Shown piece by piece: positions 27,573 to 42,438 of a stretch of 64,000 bases of DNA. Where the stretch lies: positions 2,143,697-2,207,696 of the forward strand of contig MU004234.1 of assembly GCA_010405405.1 (NCBI GenBank), in the 5' to 3' direction. The stretch comes from Microthyrium microscopicum. Its lineage: Eukaryota. Both the position numbers and the translations under genes were made by a program. Below the pieces are notes generated by a model that worked only from the letters and a program-made list of their open reading frames with translations, had not been told where the DNA came from and did no database searches. The number at the start of each line of letters is the position of its first letter. Position 1 is the first letter of the stretch.

Positions 27573-29243
27573 TGTGGGTAATGGAGAGTTGGGAGGATGG
27601 TGGATTATGCTTCAAGACTCAAGAGGGAAAGGTATGCTATTTTTAGGAAGTGAAGAGTTTAAGACATTGTGATTTCGGTAGATATATGGAGTGCTAGGCG
27701 GAAGCTTCGATGTTGCATACGAACTTCGAAGGCTGTGTGCTGACATCCATTGCACTATTCTCGCATGGGAAGACAGGCCGGTCAAGCGACAGATGGAAGC
27801 AAACACTGGACACCTCAGCCACTTTAGACTCGAATTCTCCCATCGTTTCGTCTACCTGACTGATCGAGAATGTAATTCAATTGGTGTGAAATAGCTGGGG
27901 GGTTCGATGTTTTGCTTTTTCCACTTTTATTCTCACCACTTCTCTTCTTTCCCTCATCAACAACATCTCCATCTCTTCATGTTGCACTGCCCAACAATTA
28001 CAACTCTTTCAGTATCAACATCTCTTACTCGGCTGCTTCCGAAATCCTTCATTTCAAATTGAGATCTGCCGGGAGCAAAGATCAGAGCTAGTAGCAACCA
28101 CGCTCTCCGCAACGCATCATGATCCGTAACAAGCTGTCGAATCGCACAACTCTTTCTCACCATTGCATTATTCCCACGACACATCTAAGCATAAAGTCTT
28201 GCCCCAGGTAATTTTGAAGAATCTTCCTTGGGGTGTGCGGGAAGAGTAGCCCAGATTACCCACTACTGCGCATATCTGACGTTAGATCTTGCCATGCCCC
28301 TGCATGATTCCAGACACTTGACATCGCGTGGCGCCTTCGACACTCTCAACATCTGCACACCTATCGCCTCATCTCAAACCCTGTGGCTACGAGTAGCTGT
28401 TCAGTTTGGTTTGAGCCTTTTATGTGGTCTCGGACAATCTGTTCTACCCGGGTTCTAGTTTAAGCCTTGCTGTCAGCTCTAGTCTGAAAACTTCTTTTCG
28501 CGATTTCGCTTCGACTGAGGCTCATGATATACGTCAACGTTTTATACCCTTACGGCGTACTCATGGGTATCGTCGATCGAAAAGATGCTTGATACCGCAA
28601 AGCCTAGAGACTTGCTGAATCCATGGCTCCCATCAGTCGTATCGCGTCAATTGCCTCAACCACCAAAAGCGCCTCCCATGTTTCCAATCTGCACAGCAAC
28701 CGTTTTGACAGCAGTCCACGGCAAGCTCCCGTAGAGGTCAAGCCCCACTGTTCCGGGTCTGAAATTCATGATCTGCAGATGTGAAGCGCTCACGACACTC
28801 TCTACCTGTACGCTTGGCAACACCTTCTTTGGGCACATACGCACTAACCTCGCCCTCTAGACTCTGAACATGTACCAACTGGCATGATTCCTAAACCGGT
28901 CCAGCCAGTCATCATGCAGCTTTTGAAAATAATCTGTCAAAACATGCGTGGAAACGAACAAGAAACTATTACTCCGCGATTGATTGACGTGAGACTAACT
29001 TAGTGCTTAAACAGTAAGCATCCGTACCATCGAGGCCTTAAACAACATCTCTAGAGTCTAAGGGTATAAGAATAGCCCTCTCCAATGTCAAACTATTGCG
29101 TTTATCCATCCTGATTCATCGCTGACGAGGCTGTGTTGTTCTCATCTCTTATATCTTACTTTCGTTCACCCCTTCACGTCCTTTTGCCTTGGCACTTTTA
29201 ACAGTCACTGTTTACTGCTTAATTTTTACTCAGTCTAATACTA

Positions 29244-30474
29244 ATGAAGACCTCAACATTCTTTTCCGTGGCAATTGCCGCTGCCGCCACTGAAGCTTCA
29301 GTCCTACCACGCGCTGCGGCGGCTGGTGGATGTCCTGCCGTATGGACTCAAATCACTTCGGATCTCACCAAACTATTCGTCCAATCTGACGGACAATGCA
29401 ACGACCTTGCCAGAGCTGCCATCCGAGCAGTGTTCCACGACTGTGGAACATGGGCTCCATCTCAAGGCCAAACCGGTGGCTGTGATGGCTCAGTCTTCCT
29501 CTCGCAAGAAGAAAACAGCCGCGCCGAAAACAGAGGCTTGCAAACCATCGCTGCACAACTTAAAGCACTCGCGGCGATGCGCCAAGTCGGTGTCGCAGAC
29601 ATGATCGCCTTTGCCGGAGCCCACGCTACCCTCTCTTGCCCATTGGGACCAACATGCAAGACCATGATCGGTCGCAAAGACAGCTCCAATGCCGCTCCAG
29701 ATGAGTCTTTGCTACCAGCACACGCCAATCTGACGGCCAGTCAAATCCTACCTCTTATGCAAGACAAAGGCTTCAGTCCAGCAGACACCGCCGCCCTCGT
29801 CGGCGCACACAGCTCGTCCAAGCAATTCTTCGTCCAACCTGCACTAGCTGGCGAACCCCAGGACCGCACACCTGGTATCTGGGACGTTGACTTTTACTCT
29901 GACACCACCACGAATCCCAAAGGAGTCTTTATCTTTGATTCTGACAAGTCCCTCGCCGCGGACCCAAGCTCTGGCCCAACATTCAAGTCCTTCGTCGGCC
30001 AACAAGCGTAAGTTCCTCCAACCCACCACTCTTCCCTCCAGCACATATCCCTTAGAAACATACTAACCAATTCAAAGTCAATGGAACCAAGCATTCGCAG
30101 ACACCTTCGCCCGCCTAACCCTCCTCGGCGTAAACCAAGCCGGCCTCGTCGACTGCACCGCCGCCCTCCCACCACCCCGCGACTCCTTCCCCGGCGCCAA
30201 CCTGCCCGCTTCCGCAGGAGCTTCCGCCGCACCATCTGTCGCGCCCAGCAAGGCCTCTGGAATTCCCAAGCCATCCGCGCCACTTTCTGTGCCCGTCTCT
30301 GCGCCAGGTATCCCCAAGCCATCCGCTCCAGGTCTACCAAAAGCACCATCCAACATTCCATCCCTGGTGCCAAAAGCGAGCATTCCAATTCCTAGCCCAG
30401 GCGAGCCATTCCCTACTCCCAGTGATCGACCCGGTGAGGGCGGACGGGGCGGAAAGCCACCAAAGATGATTTAG
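29244..30474 (+). CDS. Secreted class II-type (fungal) heme peroxidase with Pro/Ser/Ala-rich C-terminal tail; intron 30008-30077
   Basis: Signal peptide, distal RAVFHD, GGCDGS, proximal VGAHS, DRTPGIWD, and VDCT in exon 2. GTAAGT...CTAAC...AAG intron. Confidence 0.9.
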
Positions 30475-31744
30475 GTGGTGGGGTAATGGTGGTGTAGAAG
30501 GGTTGTTTTTTAGTTGTTAGTTGGAGCGAGTGTAGTGATTGCCGAGCTCGCAGACTGGAGGTAGCAGCGTTGTCTTTTTATTTCCTATTTTCACACTTGG
30601 CTGGGTAATCTTTATTACGGATAGACTTGACGTCTTCTCATGTATAATAGTTGGGCATTAATGACAATTTATATTTTTTTTGGTAACTCTTTGCTTTCAA
30701 AATGTAGCGATGCCTACTCGAATCATGCCCATATATATATAGTCTTTAGGAAAGAAAATGGCACAGAAGAATGGGTAATGAATCTGCACCCTTTAAATGT
30801 AATAAGGCTGAGTCTCAGCCTCGTCTGCCCTGACAACCACCAACCACCAAACACAAAACAACAACACCTCCTACCCCAAAAAAAGATGACCAAAAAAATA
30901 GCAAGTTACTAGAAAGTTACCACCTGCTAGAAAAAACGTCATCATTTGCTTGTCCACTACCCAACCATAAAAACGGTAGAGAACTGGCATATCGAATTGC
31001 AGGGTCCTTCCAGATAGGCGCTATCAATATAATTCTAGCTCTGTTGACCACCAGAACCAGTGATTTCAGTTAACTTGGCATATCAATTCTCGGAATATGA
31101 TCATCACGAATCATAGCGGAATGCCGCAAAATTCCGAGGCCGTTGCCGTGAACCGGTTGTGAACATCCTTGGGTTTTGTGACTCGAACTTCAATAATGTA
31201 GAAGATGCTCAAACGATATTTATAGCAAGCAACCTGGTCGCCATGCAAAGCATCGGACACTAAGAGTTGTCCCTTGTGTGAGGTCCAGATAAGGATAAAT
31301 ACTAACCAGGAAGAACATCAACTCCAATTCATACCTTAACTTATCTACGCTAACAAGCGGTAAACTGGCATACTGAATTTAACTACAAATTTTCTTGCTT
31401 GAAGAACAGTTGAAATCTCAAAAACCCTTGATTTATTGATAGTAAACGAAGCGGGATAAGCATGCGTGATAAGAATCCCATAACGACAGGCTATTCGTGC
31501 AAGCATCCCAGTCTAGCAATATGCAGGCTCGTAGGCCCCTGATTGACTGTAACGTCGAGAACCGGTCAGAAAGGGAGCTTCACGTCCATCAATGCCCGAT
31601 ATCTCTAGAGATATGACGTACAGGATAGATCAAGCCAGATGGATCTCGTACTATCGAATTGGAACGTACCATAAGTACGGTGGATGGTGTCCCTGTAATT
31701 ATTTGGCCGGCTACCAATTTTGCTCTGCTCAGTTATACTGAAAA

Positions 31745-34700
31745 ATGCAAGAGTATACAGGAAATGAGGTTGCCATCATTGGCATGGCTTGTCGAACAGC
31801 AGGAGCCAATTCTCCCTCTGAGCTCTGGGATCTCCTGGAAAGTTCAAAAGACGTACAACAGGAAATCACGCGCTTCAATTCCTCGGCATATCACAACCCA
31901 GAATCTAAACACCAACGAGGTCTCTCCAGTGTCAACCGGGCTTACCTCATGGACGATGAGCTCGTTGAATGCTTTGATCATGCGTTCTTTCACATCACCC
32001 CAAACGAAGCGAGGTGTATGGATCCCCAACAGCGAAATTTGCTCGAAGTTGCTTACGAAGCTATCGAAAGCGCCGGAATACCTCTCAACAAGTTCAAGGA
32101 CACCGATAGCGCTGTATTCGCAGCTATCGATGGCTGTGACTATGCCTCAATCATAGGCAAAGATCTCGACAGCATTCCACGATATGCAGCCACAGGAATA
32201 GCAGGGTGTATGGCTGCGAATAGGATCAGCTACTTCTTCAATCTTTCAGGCCCCAGTATGGTGATAGACACTGCTTGCTCTAGTTCAATGACAGCTTTAC
32301 ATCAGGCAGTCAGATCACTGCAGTCTGGAGACAGTGGCATGGCTATCGTTTGTGGCGCAAAAATGATACTTACTCCCGATATGTTCATTCCATCCTCAGA
32401 AATGGGGTTTCTGTCTCCCAGCGGACGCTGCCAGTCCTTTGATGCAGATGCGGACGGGTATGGCAGAGGTGAAGGTGCGATAGCACTTTTGTTGAAGCCA
32501 CTGAAAGATGCCATCGCAGATTCCGACCCTATCAGAGCTGTTCTCAAAGGCATTCGAATCAATCATGATGGCAGGACACAGGGTATAACGATGCCATCTG
32601 CGGAAGCCCAAGAAAGCAATATACGTAGACTGTATAGTTCCGAAGGAATAGATTCAGACACTATTCAATATGTAGAAGCTCATGTACGTCAGACCCAATG
32701 CGTGAAGATCTGGTCAAGTTGATACAGCATACAGGGAACTGGAACCACAGTGGGTGATCTCAAAGAAATAACAGCTCTCGATTCAATTTTTAATGGACCC
32801 TCGACAAGGCAAACAGATTCGCTAACAGTTGGTTCAATCAAAAGCAACATCGGCCACTTGGAAGCAACGGCAGGATTGGCGGGAATCCTGAAGACAGTAC
32901 TTTGTCTAGAACAGGGTCGCATACCGGCACAAATGAATCTCAGGAGGCGGAATCCAGCAGTTCAGTTTGACAGAATGAATATCCCAACTTCTATTATGGA
33001 ATGGCCAAAGACCTCAGGAAAAGTTCGCAGAGCTGCAGTCAATTGTTTTGGTGCTGGCGGGACAAATGGTCATTGTGTACTTGAGGCTTCCATGGCACAG
33101 AGACCTCTAGTGGAGACAAATTCGAGACCATATTTGTTCATGGTGTCTGCCTCCAGTCCGGCAGCTTTATCAACAACTTCCAACAGATTGGCGGACCATG
33201 TGGAAAAGAATGAGCTTGATACTAGAGACTTGGCATATACACTGTTGTCCAGGAGGTCGACATTTTCATCAACAATGTTCTTCGCCGCATCCAGTAACGA
33301 GGATTTTATCAAACAGGCTCGCAAATCTTCTCCTACTTTACCTTCCGTCTCAGCGCTCAAAGCAACAAACATCTGTTGGATATTTACTGGACAAGGGGCG
33401 CAATGGCCTCGCATGGGGACAGAATTACTCGAACACTCTCCAGTCTTTCGAGAGACCATATCGATGTGCGAGCAGCATCTACAAGCGCTGTCAACTGCCC
33501 CCTCGTGGACTCTTTCCGAAGAGCTCAGCAAATTTACGGCTCAAAGTAATATTTATAAAGCCAGCTTTTCGCAGCCGCTCACCACTGCGGTCCAGCTAGG
33601 TCTCGTTGAATTGTGGAAGGCCTGGGGTTTTCATCCAAGCATGGTGGTAGGTCATTCGTCCGGTGAGATAGCAGCGGCATATGCTGCAGGCCATCTGTCT
33701 CTTCGAGACGCTATCGTTGTCTCATACTTGCGTGGTGTGGCAATGACTGAACTTAATGAAACCGGAGACGAGACAAAACCAAAGGGCGCCATGTGTGCAA
33801 TTGGTCTTTCTGAGCAGGATGCACTGAAGCTTCTAAGCAATTATGATGACAAGGTCCAACTCGCTGCAGTAAACTCTCCTACAGGCTGCACGCTCTCAGG
33901 TGATCGAACTGCTGTCGAAGAAATTGGAAGCTACTGCGGCGAGACTGGCAATTTCTTTCGAAAGTTGCAAGTCGATGTTGCGTACCACTCTGCTCACGTA
34001 TTACCGGTCGCTTGCTCCTATCGCGAGGCACTGGAACAGGCCGGCATTGGCCCACTGCGTGGAAAGGACGATAGCAAGATGTTTTCCTCAGTGACTGGAC
34101 AACTCCAGGACTCGGAAGCATGCACACCACACTACTGGGCCGACAATATGACAGGAACTGTTAAGTTTACTCAGGCACTTCATGCATGCGCTCAATATAA
34201 TCCCGAGTTAAGCGCTTGTTTTGAGATTGGTCCTCACCCAGCACTGCGCGGCCCAACTCTAGAAACACTGCAAATCGAACAAAAGAATATGCCATATTTC
34301 GCTTCTTGTGTTAGAGGTCAGGATGACTTTGCCTGCCAGCTAGAAACGGCTGGATCTCTGCTAGCTTCAGAGATTGACCTCAACACCAAAGCGATCAACG
34401 ATGCTGAAGGTGCCCAAATCATCACAAATTTGCCGTCTCACCTATGGAATCATTCAACACGGCTGTGGTGCGAATCTAGAGTGAGTCATAATGCTATGTT
34501 CAAAAAGTTTCCACGTCATCCTTTACTTGGATCTCGTTATATGGAAGATACGAATCAAAATCCCTCCTGGCGCTGTCAAATTAGCATTGACGAGCTCCCC
34601 TGGCGGCTGACGGACGGCCAAGCATTACCAGATGCGGCATTTGTGTTGATGGCACTTGAGGCCTCCAAACAGGTTCTCCAAAAGGAAATGGCAACTGCTG

Positions 34701-37492
34701 GTAGTATATGCTTACGTGACTTGCAGATTCAAAGTGCTTTCTTGGTTGAAGAACTCTTGAGCTCGTCTAGTTCGGATTTACATTTTAGCAGCAACAGAAT
34801 GGAAGACTCTGATGAGTATAGTTCCCTCATATTCTCAACTCAAACTGACGAGACGTTGCCTTGTACCAAACATTGCTCCGGGATCTTTGGCTTGGACACA
34901 AGTACTGTTGATCTTGAAATTCACAACATTAAAGGTACGACAGTATGCACACAGAAGCATGATCCATTTATACTTGACAACGTGCAGGACATGGGTTTGC
35001 TTCTACACTCACGTCTCACAGATTTGAACCTCTCGAAGGGTATGGCGACCGCCAAGATCGACACCACGGAGTGCAAATTGGATTCTTTGGGCCTGAAAGA
35101 TGCCTTCCAAATGGCTCAATCAGCTGCCATAGCCCATCGCTCCGGCATTAGTAGCTCGCTTCGTGCCATTGGACGACTGAACTTTTTCTTGAGGTCGGAC
35201 GCCGCTCCTATGTTATCTGTATCAGCAAGATCAGGGACCATCGAGGGAAAACCAGGAACATCATTTGAGATTGGCGATCGCCTGATAGCCAAGGACCTCC
35301 AATTCACGATCGATCAAAACAAGGCTCAGCCAATGCCTCTGCGCTCGCTTTTCTACAAGGCTCACAGTGAGCTCGACATTGCAGATGTCGCGAATGATAG
35401 TCATTCTTCGCTAGCGGAGGTTCTGCTCTTGGCCACTCACAAATGGCCAATGTGCGATATTGGTTTATTCAACCTTGACGAACAAGACGAAGACGAGGTC
35501 CTCAGACTAGCCCAATCTTTCGACAGACCCCGCTTCAGATCGATTCAGATTGTTGGTGCAGATGAGAAGGTCATCGATGAGTCTATCAAGAGAGTTAGGA
35601 AGGTTCAGGCTGGCAGCAAGTTTCACTTGACACTGATCGGTGATGGCTCCGCGACCGAGGATCATACCGAGACCATTCATGAAGACGGATCTATTTTCTT
35701 GAAACATGGGAATACCAATGATGGGAAAGATTGGCATCATCAGAAGTGGTGTTCTGGCGCCCAAATACTTCCTCGTCCGTCTGATATCCTAGTGTTTCAG
35801 GCTCCGGGAATAGAGAGTGATATTACTGTGCCAGGCGTCACACTGATTTCTCTGGACATTGAATCTATCGCGAAGTTCTCCCGGACCTGGTCGACGTCAT
35901 ATCATGCGATAGTAATTGACATTATTGACTCCTCAGTTGGTGTGGCGTGGTCGGGAGCAATCATTCTACCATGGCTTCAAAATATGCTCAGATTGGCCCA
36001 GAGCATAAGTTGGATCACCACCAAGTCGTCGTCAACTCCGTCAGTTTGCACTACCACGGCATTGCTTAGGACCTTGCAATCCGAGCAACCGTCGCTCAAA
36101 ATACGCCATGTTGTATATGAGGAGCATCAGACCCAAGATATGGATGGACATATTCATGAGCTTCTGAGTGATTGGGATCGTGCATTCAGTGAGTCAGAGC
36201 AAGATCTCCGAAGTGGTCACAAAAAGATTACTCGATGGCGTCCAGATGATGAACTTTCTGTTCGCACTAGCGTTTTCCCAGGCTCCCAAGAGGGTGATAT
36301 TACGCAGCTCGGCCGTATTGAACTATCCACAGATGGCGCTTATGTCGTGATAGGCGGCCTTGGTGGTTTGGGCCGCTTTATCTGCGCCTGGCTTGTTAAA
36401 CATGGCGCGAAGCAAGTAGTTGCTATGTCCAGATCAGGTCCAGAAGCCAAGGGAGCAAAGAGCTTAGAAGCAGAACTCGAAGCTATTGGAGGCCATCTTC
36501 AAGTCCTCAAATGTGACGCGTGTGATGAAGAAGCTCTGTCCAAGGCTTTGGAAAGAATAAGAGCAACTCATGCTGTTAAGGGTGTCATCAACATGGCCAT
36601 GCTGCTCGGAGATGCACCTCTAGCGTCAATGACCGCCTCAGAATGGGATCGCCCCCTTAAGTTGAAGGTAGACTCTAGCCGGTATCTGCATGAGCTGACG
36701 GCAGAAGACAAACCCGATCTCTTTATTCTCTTCTCCTCAATTGCCAGTGTCCTTGGAAACCGTAACCAGGCTGGCTACAATGTTGGCAACGCATATGTCA
36801 ACTCTCTTGCAGAATTTCGGCGAACTCAGCGACTACCTGCAGTGGCTATCGCCCTCGGCGCAGTAACAGATATGGGCGTTCTTCACGAAATGGGTAGAAC
36901 AAATATGCTGGAAACATTGACTAGAAGCGGGTTAGTACATCTGCAACAACATCATTTGGACAAAATCATGCAAGCGGCTGTCTCCGAATGCAGGGACCCA
37001 AACTCAACTAGAGCTGTGATACTGACAGGCCTTAACATGTTCGAGCGTGTAGATGGCAAGCTCATAGGAATGCAAGATCAAACAATGCTCTATTGGACGG
37101 AACTGCCCGAATTTGGACACTTGCAATACCACAAGAGGACGTGGCACAGCGCAAGGGAAGAGAAAGATCAGAGTCTACTGGAGCGTATCAAATCACTTTC
37201 AGGAAAGAATGCACTCGATGCCCTGGAGTCAGCATTTCTGCAATTCCTTGCCAATCTTCTGGGCTTTAGTATCTCAGATCTTAACACGAAAAGCAGTTTA
37301 CTGGACCATGGGCTTGATTCTCTCGGTGCTGTGACTTGTCAATACTGGTTTCATAGAGGTGAAATAACAACACTGCAAATGAGTACTAGCTGCTAACGAT
37401 ATACAGAGCTTGAAGTCAATGTCTCTGTCCAGCAGATTTTCTTGACTGGCAGTATTAATGACCTGCTTGTGCAAGTCCAGCAGAAGATATGA
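31745..37492 (+). CDS. Iterative type I reducing polyketide synthase, KS-AT-DH(degenerate)-KR-ACP, about 1882 aa; introns 32684-32734 and 37359-37406
   Basis: KS DTACSSS, EAH|GTGT and KSNIGHLE. AT GQGAQW, GHSSGE and AYHS. HPLLG at the DH start. KR GGLGGLG and YNVGN. ACP GLDSL. The spliced length of 5649 nt is a whole number of codons. Confidence 0.93.
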
Positions 37493-38653
37493 ATGTGTGA
37501 TTTTACTACATCTTTTGCTCAAGAATACGGGATCTTGTAATGCGAAAGTTGCCGTTCGATACAATTGTAGAACCGCTTGTTGTTCTGCTTGACTACTAGG
37601 AGGTAGGATGGCATTGCTTGGGAGAATGAGGTTTGGGAATTTTCTCCATACTGCAAGAGTGATTTATTGAAAGGAGAGAAAGTTCTGTCGATTGCCTTGA
37701 GACTTTATTGAACTGTGACTTGTTAATAGAAGATTTACAGCTGAAACGAGTCTGAATTTTTGCAGAAGGATTGCACTATATATTTTTCAAAGTGCTAATA
37801 CCTTTCGCTTTTGATGGATTCGTGGTGATCTTAGTGTAGATACTACGACATTGAATTACTTCGAGTCCCGGTGCCTAACCCCATAGGGAAGCGTCGTACA
37901 TTAATGACAGCGATTGGCACCCTTCATTGGGTCGACTCCCGTTGCCTTCGAAAGTTTTGTTTTTTGCAAATCAACGAGGAGGATAAACTGTACGTGCAGT
38001 CACTTTTTGAGTACTCTCGCTACTTTTTTCATGCCTAATTGCCGTTATTTCTCATGCTCAGAGCATGCAAAAAGACGATTTACTTACCAAAAGATTATCG
38101 AGATAAAGCGTAAACATGTCACTTGCAACTGCCGGTGCAGAGTGAGGTAGGTGGAATCGCAGCCTTATAGAGGTAACTGCCAAGGACCGCTAGCCAATCA
38201 CATTGTCGCAGACAACTCCTACCCCTGTCTAGTACGTTGACAAGGCTGAATAAATCAAGATATGGGCGATTTTTCACTATGAACTACAGTTAATTATGGC
38301 TATATATGAGAGAATTTTACTACTGAATTGTTGTATTGTACAGCCGGGGGTGTTAGTTGTTGCATGTGTACACCTCTCGCCCGAAAGAAGATGTCTGGTT
38401 GATAATTGCCCCTAGCTTTTATAGTGGGGTTACAGAGAACCGATCGGAGCATCGGATGCAAGAGCTCCACGCGATTCACTTTGCGGGTGAAGAGGAGGGG
38501 CACTACTACTCGAGAGTACACTAAATCAACAACTTCTCTTTTGCTAAAGTGTCCATGACGGACCTTGACAGCAATCCTTGTCTTGTCACTCCTTCGTATT
38601 TCAATCTTCTACAATCCTATTCCATCTCACACTCCTCACAGCAGTAATCCGCC

Positions 38654-40045
<1,392 letters not shown>

Positions 40046-40276
40046 AATGTATGCCGCGAGATTTTATCAAAAGAACAGAGTTTGAAAACCATTCTCTTGT
40101 CATATAGGTCCCCAGATATGTACGAACAGCATCTTTAGGCTGTTTAGGTTGTGTGATCTTCAACGTCAGTGGTAACATACCTAGCCATCATGAGTGGGAA
40201 TGACACGATATGTAAACTGATTCGTATTCATGTATCTCGTGTAAATCTAAAGCATTCGATCAACTCGATCCGTCTT

Positions 40277-41563
40277 CTATTTCTTTCCTCTACCAGCAAA
40301 GCCCCATGCGATCTGATTAGGCATCCTAACCTTGACGCCCAACTCATCTGCCCAAGCAAACACCAAACCAGGATTCTTCTGGAACCCACGTCCAACCGTA
40401 GCAATATCCAGTCCCTGCTGTAGCTGCTTCTCCGCGAGCTTTGCATTGTCAAGCGACCCAACAGTTCCAACCAACATCTTATCCCCAACCTCCTTCTTCA
40501 CCGCCAACGCAAACGGCGCCTGGTAAGCCGGTTTTGCGTGAATATGCTGTTCCTCATGATTCCCACCAGAGCTCACATCCAGCACATCAACGCCAGACTC
40601 GGCCAAAATCTTCGCCAACTTGACAGTATCCTCAACCTTCCAACTCTTCTCCACGAGTTCCTTGTTCTCGTTCTCCTCGAGCCAATCCGTCGCACTAATT
40701 CGTAAAAAGAGTGGCATATCTTTTGGAATGATATCTCGCGTAATCTTGACAGTCTCCAACACAATCCTGGTGCGGTTTTCGAATGATCCACCATACTCGT
40801 CCGTCCGCGTATTGCTCACTCCGCTGAGAAATTCGTGTAGCAAATATCCATGCGCAACGTGAATCTCTATGCAATCGAAACCCACCTTCAGCGCCCTCTT
40901 CACACTCGCGCCCCACGCACTCTTGAATTCTTCGATCTGTGCTTTCGACATCGCCAGTGGTTTCGGATAGGTGTCGCTGAATGGGATCGCAGATGGTGCC
41001 CAGACACTGTCCGGCCAACCGTCGATGTCTTCGGTCGCCAACATGCCACCAGATATCCACGGTGCTACAGTACTCGCTTTCCGGCCCGCGTGCGCAAGTT
41101 GAATCATGATTTTCTGGCCTTGGGAATGTGCAAACTCAACGATCTGGCTAAGCGGCCCAATCTGTGAATCCTTCCATAACCCATTATCCTGCGGCGTAAT
41201 GCGCCCGTTTTCCATGACGGCCGTGGCTTCGACGGTGGTGAGACCTGGTCCGCGTTGGAGGATGCCGCCAAGATGGGTGATGTGCCACGGGGTGTAGTGG
41301 CCATCCTCTGCAGAATATTGACATAGTGGGCTAAGCATTATGCGGTTCTGCATCGTCATACCGCGGATTTCGAGGGGCGTGAAGAGTTTTGGCTTTGGTT
41401 GGCCATCTGCGGCTTCGAGGAGGGTTCCGGCTGGGGGGAATTGGGCAGGCGTGAAGTAGGAGATGCCTTTTGCTGGGGCATTGTAGTATTTGTTGTTTTC
41501 TGGATTGCCCTTTGTTTTGTCCTCGTGGGTTGTTAACTCGTTGTGAGTTTGATATTGACTCAT
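40277..41563 (-). CDS. NADH:flavin oxidoreductase / old yellow enzyme (YqjM-like subclass), intronless
   Basis: NRIMLSPLCQYS (Cys/Tyr pair), IQLAHAGRKAS, EIHVAHGYLLHEFLS (HxxHxY) and DEYGGSFENR. Confidence 0.95.
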   Translation of the reverse strand: MSQYQTHNELTTHEDKTKGNPENNKYYNAPAKGISYFTPAQFPPAGTLLEAADGQPKPKLFTPLEIRGMTMQNRIMLSPLCQYSAEDGHYTPWHITHLGGILQRGPGLTTVEATAVMENGRITPQDNGLWKDSQIGPLSQIVEFAHSQGQKIMIQLAHAGRKASTVAPWISGGMLATEDIDGWPDSVWAPSAIPFSDTYPKPLAMSKAQIEEFKSAWGASVKRALKVGFDCIEIHVAHGYLLHEFLSGVSNTRTDEYGGSFENRTRIVLETVKITRDIIPKDMPLFLRISATDWLEENENKELVEKSWKVEDTVKLAKILAESGVDVLDVSSGGNHEEQHIHAKPAYQAPFALAVKKEVGDKMLVGTVGSLDNAKLAEKQLQQGLDIATVGRGFQKNPGLVFAWADELGVKVRMPNQIAWGFAGRGKK

Positions 41564-42438
41564 TGTGGATTTGTAGAGATCAGTAGAGTTGTTACTGGTG
41601 TAAGGGTATTGTAGACTTTAGGTAGGTTTGTTTGGCAGAGATACGTTCGAGTTTTGTATGGTATGGTGGAAGGAAGTGTTCAATTGTTATGGAAGGAACT
41701 ATGTATGGTAGCCTGTAATGTAGTCGCCGGCATCTCTTTATACTGAGGGTAATAGTACTGGCCGAATTTCCTGTGCAATTGTCAATTACCATTCCCACGT
41801 CATGGACTGAACCATGTTTCCGGTACTGACATGTGGTCACCACCTCTTACTGCATGTTCCATACACATAATTGAATGGAATTATTACAAAGCTATCATTC
41901 GTGCTCGAACATTTATAAGCCTGTAAAGTACAGGACATGAAGTCGTCCATGTCATTGGGATTATGCTCTTTACCATATCGAGGCAAGAATGCCGCGTTAG
42001 GAAGTCGCCGCTCCCGAATAGTCTTAGTTGTCTCGTGCGAAAGGTGCAAGGTTAGAGCTACGAAGCTAGCTACCCATGTCACCAAGACGATATTGGGAAA
42101 TTGATAGACATCGTGCGGAAACGGAGATAGCTCGGGTTTCCCATTTGATAGAGAGAGAGAGAGAAAGAAATCCGGTGAAGCCAATGTCACCAACACGAGT
42201 CAGTGTCCTTTTCAACTCTCGTTGTCATTGACTAACGCTCGAGATTGGTCAAAACTTCTTGAAATTTTCTGTGTGGTTATCTTGCCAGATTATTCGTTTC
42301 GTCTATGAGATCGAATTGTATCACATATTGATGGCATGGTATTGATGTTGGCAAACTCGGGACGAGATTCATCAGCGTCATACTCATGATCTATCGCAGC
42401 GAGTGGCATCTTCCCAATACTTGTGAGGCTCAAAAATC

